Shown here piece after piece: positions 61,700 to 64,000 of a stretch of 64,000 bases of DNA. The translations under genes and the position numbers were made by a program. Origin of the DNA: Geosiphon pyriformis uo1 (Eukaryota; Fungi; Glomeromycota); assembly GCA_016748015.1 (NCBI GenBank), contig JAAOMT010000470.1, forward strand, positions 153,690 through 217,689, in the 5' to 3' direction. How positions within the stretch are numbered: the first letter of the stretch is position 1; each line of letters starts with the position of its first letter. The notes under the pieces were generated by a model that did not search any database, had not been told where the DNA came from, and was given only the letters and a program-made list of their open reading frames with translations.

Positions 61700-64000
61700 T
61701 TAGATTTGTTTTATTTATGACAAACTGTCAGCATTTCTATTGTTTTTTCCTTTCTTATAATGTATAGTATAAGTATATTGTGAGAGTGCCATTTTCTATC
61801 TGGATTGGCAGCCATCATTACATTCTTGCTTTTGAAGTGATGTTAATCCTTTATGATCTGTATATATCAAACTTTTGGCTTAAGTATTTGTTCCACTTCA
61901 TAACTGCCCAATAGATTGCTAAGTATTCTTGTTCTGGTGTTCCATAGTTTTTTTCGGCTGGTGTTAAATTTTGGCTGGCATATGCTACTGGATGTTCTCT
62001 GCTGTCTGGTCCTCTCTGAGATAGTACTGCTCTCAATGCTTAGCCAGATGCATCAGTGGTAATGATGAATTGTTTGTTGTGATCTGGATAAATCAGTACT
62101 GGAGCTTGAATGAGCTTTCTTTTCAGAATATCAAAAGCTTCTTGTTGACTTTCTGTCCATTCATATTTTATATTTTTGTTTTGCAGTTGGTTGAGTGGCT
62201 GCGCTATCTTGGAGAAGTTCTTGATAAAACGTCAATAGTAGCTGGCAAATCCCAAGAATGATTTCAGTTCTGTTATATTGGTCAGCACTGGAAAGTTCTT
62301 TACTATCTCTATTTTCTCTGGATCTGTTTTGATGCTGTCTTTGCTGACTATGTGTCCCAAGAATTTTAGTTCTGTCTTGCCAAAGAAGCACTTTGTTGCA
62401 TTTAACTTTAGTCTTGCTCTTCTTAGTCTTTCAAACACTTGTTGAAGATAATGAAGATGATTATTAAATGTTTTTGAGAATACATTGGTGTCATCCAAGT
62501 ATACAACTATTAATTTCCACAATAAGCCAGTATAAATGATTTCCATTAACCATTGGAAAGTGGCTGGAGCGTTGGTTAAGCCAAATGGCATCACTTCAAA
62601 TTCAAAATTCCCTTCTCTAGTAGTGAATGCCATCTTCTCTTTGTCGGCTGAATTCATGGCTACTTGCCAGTAACTACTGTTCAAGTCTAATGTTGAGAAC
62701 CATTTGTTCCTGCCAAAAGTGTCGAATAATTCCTGTATTCGTGGAGTTGGATAACTGTCTCCACGAGTTACACCATTGAGTTTCTTGTAGTCCACACAAA
62801 ATTGAATTTTTCTATTTTTTTTATGGACAAGTACCACTGGTGATAACCATGGGCTCATTAATAATTGAATTAGTTTGTTGTCAAGCATTCAGTTTATCTC
62901 TTAACGAATGATCTCGTGGCTGGCTGGTGGCACTCTGTATGCTTTTTGTTTAATTGGTATTGTATTTTCAGTTTTAATCTGATGCTGGATGATGTCAGTT
63001 TAGCCAAACTTGTTTTCACTGGCAAAAATGTCATTGAAATTGTTGAGCAATATCTTGAGCTGCATATGTTGTAGTGGATCTAGATTTCCCATGTTCATTT
63101 GTTCCAATTGTTTTGGTTAGAACAAATAACATTCGTTTCATCCATAGATTGTTTGTGATGTGATGTTGACATATCTACAAAGTTGTGGAAAGTTTGGAAT
63201 AGGGTTTGGTGGTTGGTCTTCTATTTCTGTGGTTAAATATCCAATGGTGGTTCTTTCTAGTATGTTGATAACATTGTCAGTGTTGTTGTAGATGGGAATT
63301 TTTATGTGGCTATAGCTTTTGGCTGGTAGGTGGAAATTGATCAGTCTAATCTCTCCTGATTCACAAAGGTTTGCTTCAGCTTCAAAAATCTGTTCTTGCT
63401 CTTTTTTCTTCTTTTCTATTGCTAGCATGTACTAGTTATATGGTGGAATGGAAATAGCTTGACCAGTTGAGATAATTTTTCCTTGGCCAACAATTTCTTC
63501 CTCTGTCATATTAATTAGTACATCTATTCTATCTATTGACCCAAATCCCTGTATCCCTCTTACTGTTATTCCTAATTCTTCCTTATTTTCCATTGGTACT
63601 AACTAAGCTATCTTAACCAATGGTAAGAATATTGCCTGTGTTATCTTTTCATTTGGCTGTATTATATAGGTCTTTTTTGAGTCATTTTGTAGCATAGCAA
63701 TGATATTTCCTACATATCCCACATCAATTATTCCTCCTCTTATATTAATCTCTCTTTTTACTAAACTACTCTGGAATGCTAGTTGAACTATTGTTGTTGC
63801 TGGGATTTCCAGTGCTATTTTCAGGTCAATGCAGGTGCATGAATGTGATTTCAATTTGATGACATCTTTTCCTGGATATCTTAGATCAAACCCTGTACCG
63901 GTATCATGCACTCGTTCTGGCATGATGTCTTTGCTATTGTCACTGTATTATTTCAACTCCTGTTCTTTAGAGAGATCTGGTAGAGCAATGTATTGTTTGT
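61700..64000 (-). pseudogene. pol: E7 dUTPase-pseudo-dUTPase-RT-RNase H
   Basis: 63603-63923 dUTPase (TGFDL, GGIIDVGYVG); 62232-62888 RT (YLDD); 61851-62036 RNase H. Confidence 0.95.

Larger units (their letters stand above)
58705..64000 (-). mobile_element. E7: Ty3/Gypsy element, family A, 3' portion; inserted in E4 gag
   Basis: 3' LTR 58705-59554; PPT 59555-59570; ORF3, integrase, RNase H, RT and dUTPase follow to the window end; flank GTGT. Confidence 0.94.

Overview
The whole AT-rich eukaryotic window is nested transposon debris; no host gene was recognised. The style suggests a Glomeromycotina/Mucoromycota fungus such as Geosiphon (my inference, not verified). Seven degenerate Ty3/Gypsy LTR retrotransposons (E1-E7; six of family A, one of a distant family B) are stacked in each other. 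E1 and E4 are inserted into a Tc1/mariner-type DDE transposase relic (29711-30260). Nesting: E1 (-, <1-29710) contains E2 (+, 2967-23226), which contains E3 (-, 9518-19626). E4 (-, 30261->58704) has E5 (-, 30469-50411) inside its 3' LTR, and E5 contains E6 (+, family B, 37268-47053). E7 (-, 58705->64000) is inserted in E4's gag. E2, E3, E5 and E6 have paired 4-bp target-site duplications (TSDs); the other three are seen at one end only. The copies share an unusual, complex-retrovirus-like layout. ORF1 is an AUG-less N-terminal domain, then Gag(CCHC), protease, a Cys-rich domain, dUTPase, a pseudo-dUTPase, RT and RNase H, ending in a conserved stop. ORF2 is a stand-alone integrase with its own ATG. 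ORF3 is a ~210-aa non-env protein preceded by a conserved TATA box, and its sequence type co-varies with the palindromic repeat array in the LTR U3. All copies are inactivated by C>T/G>A transitions.
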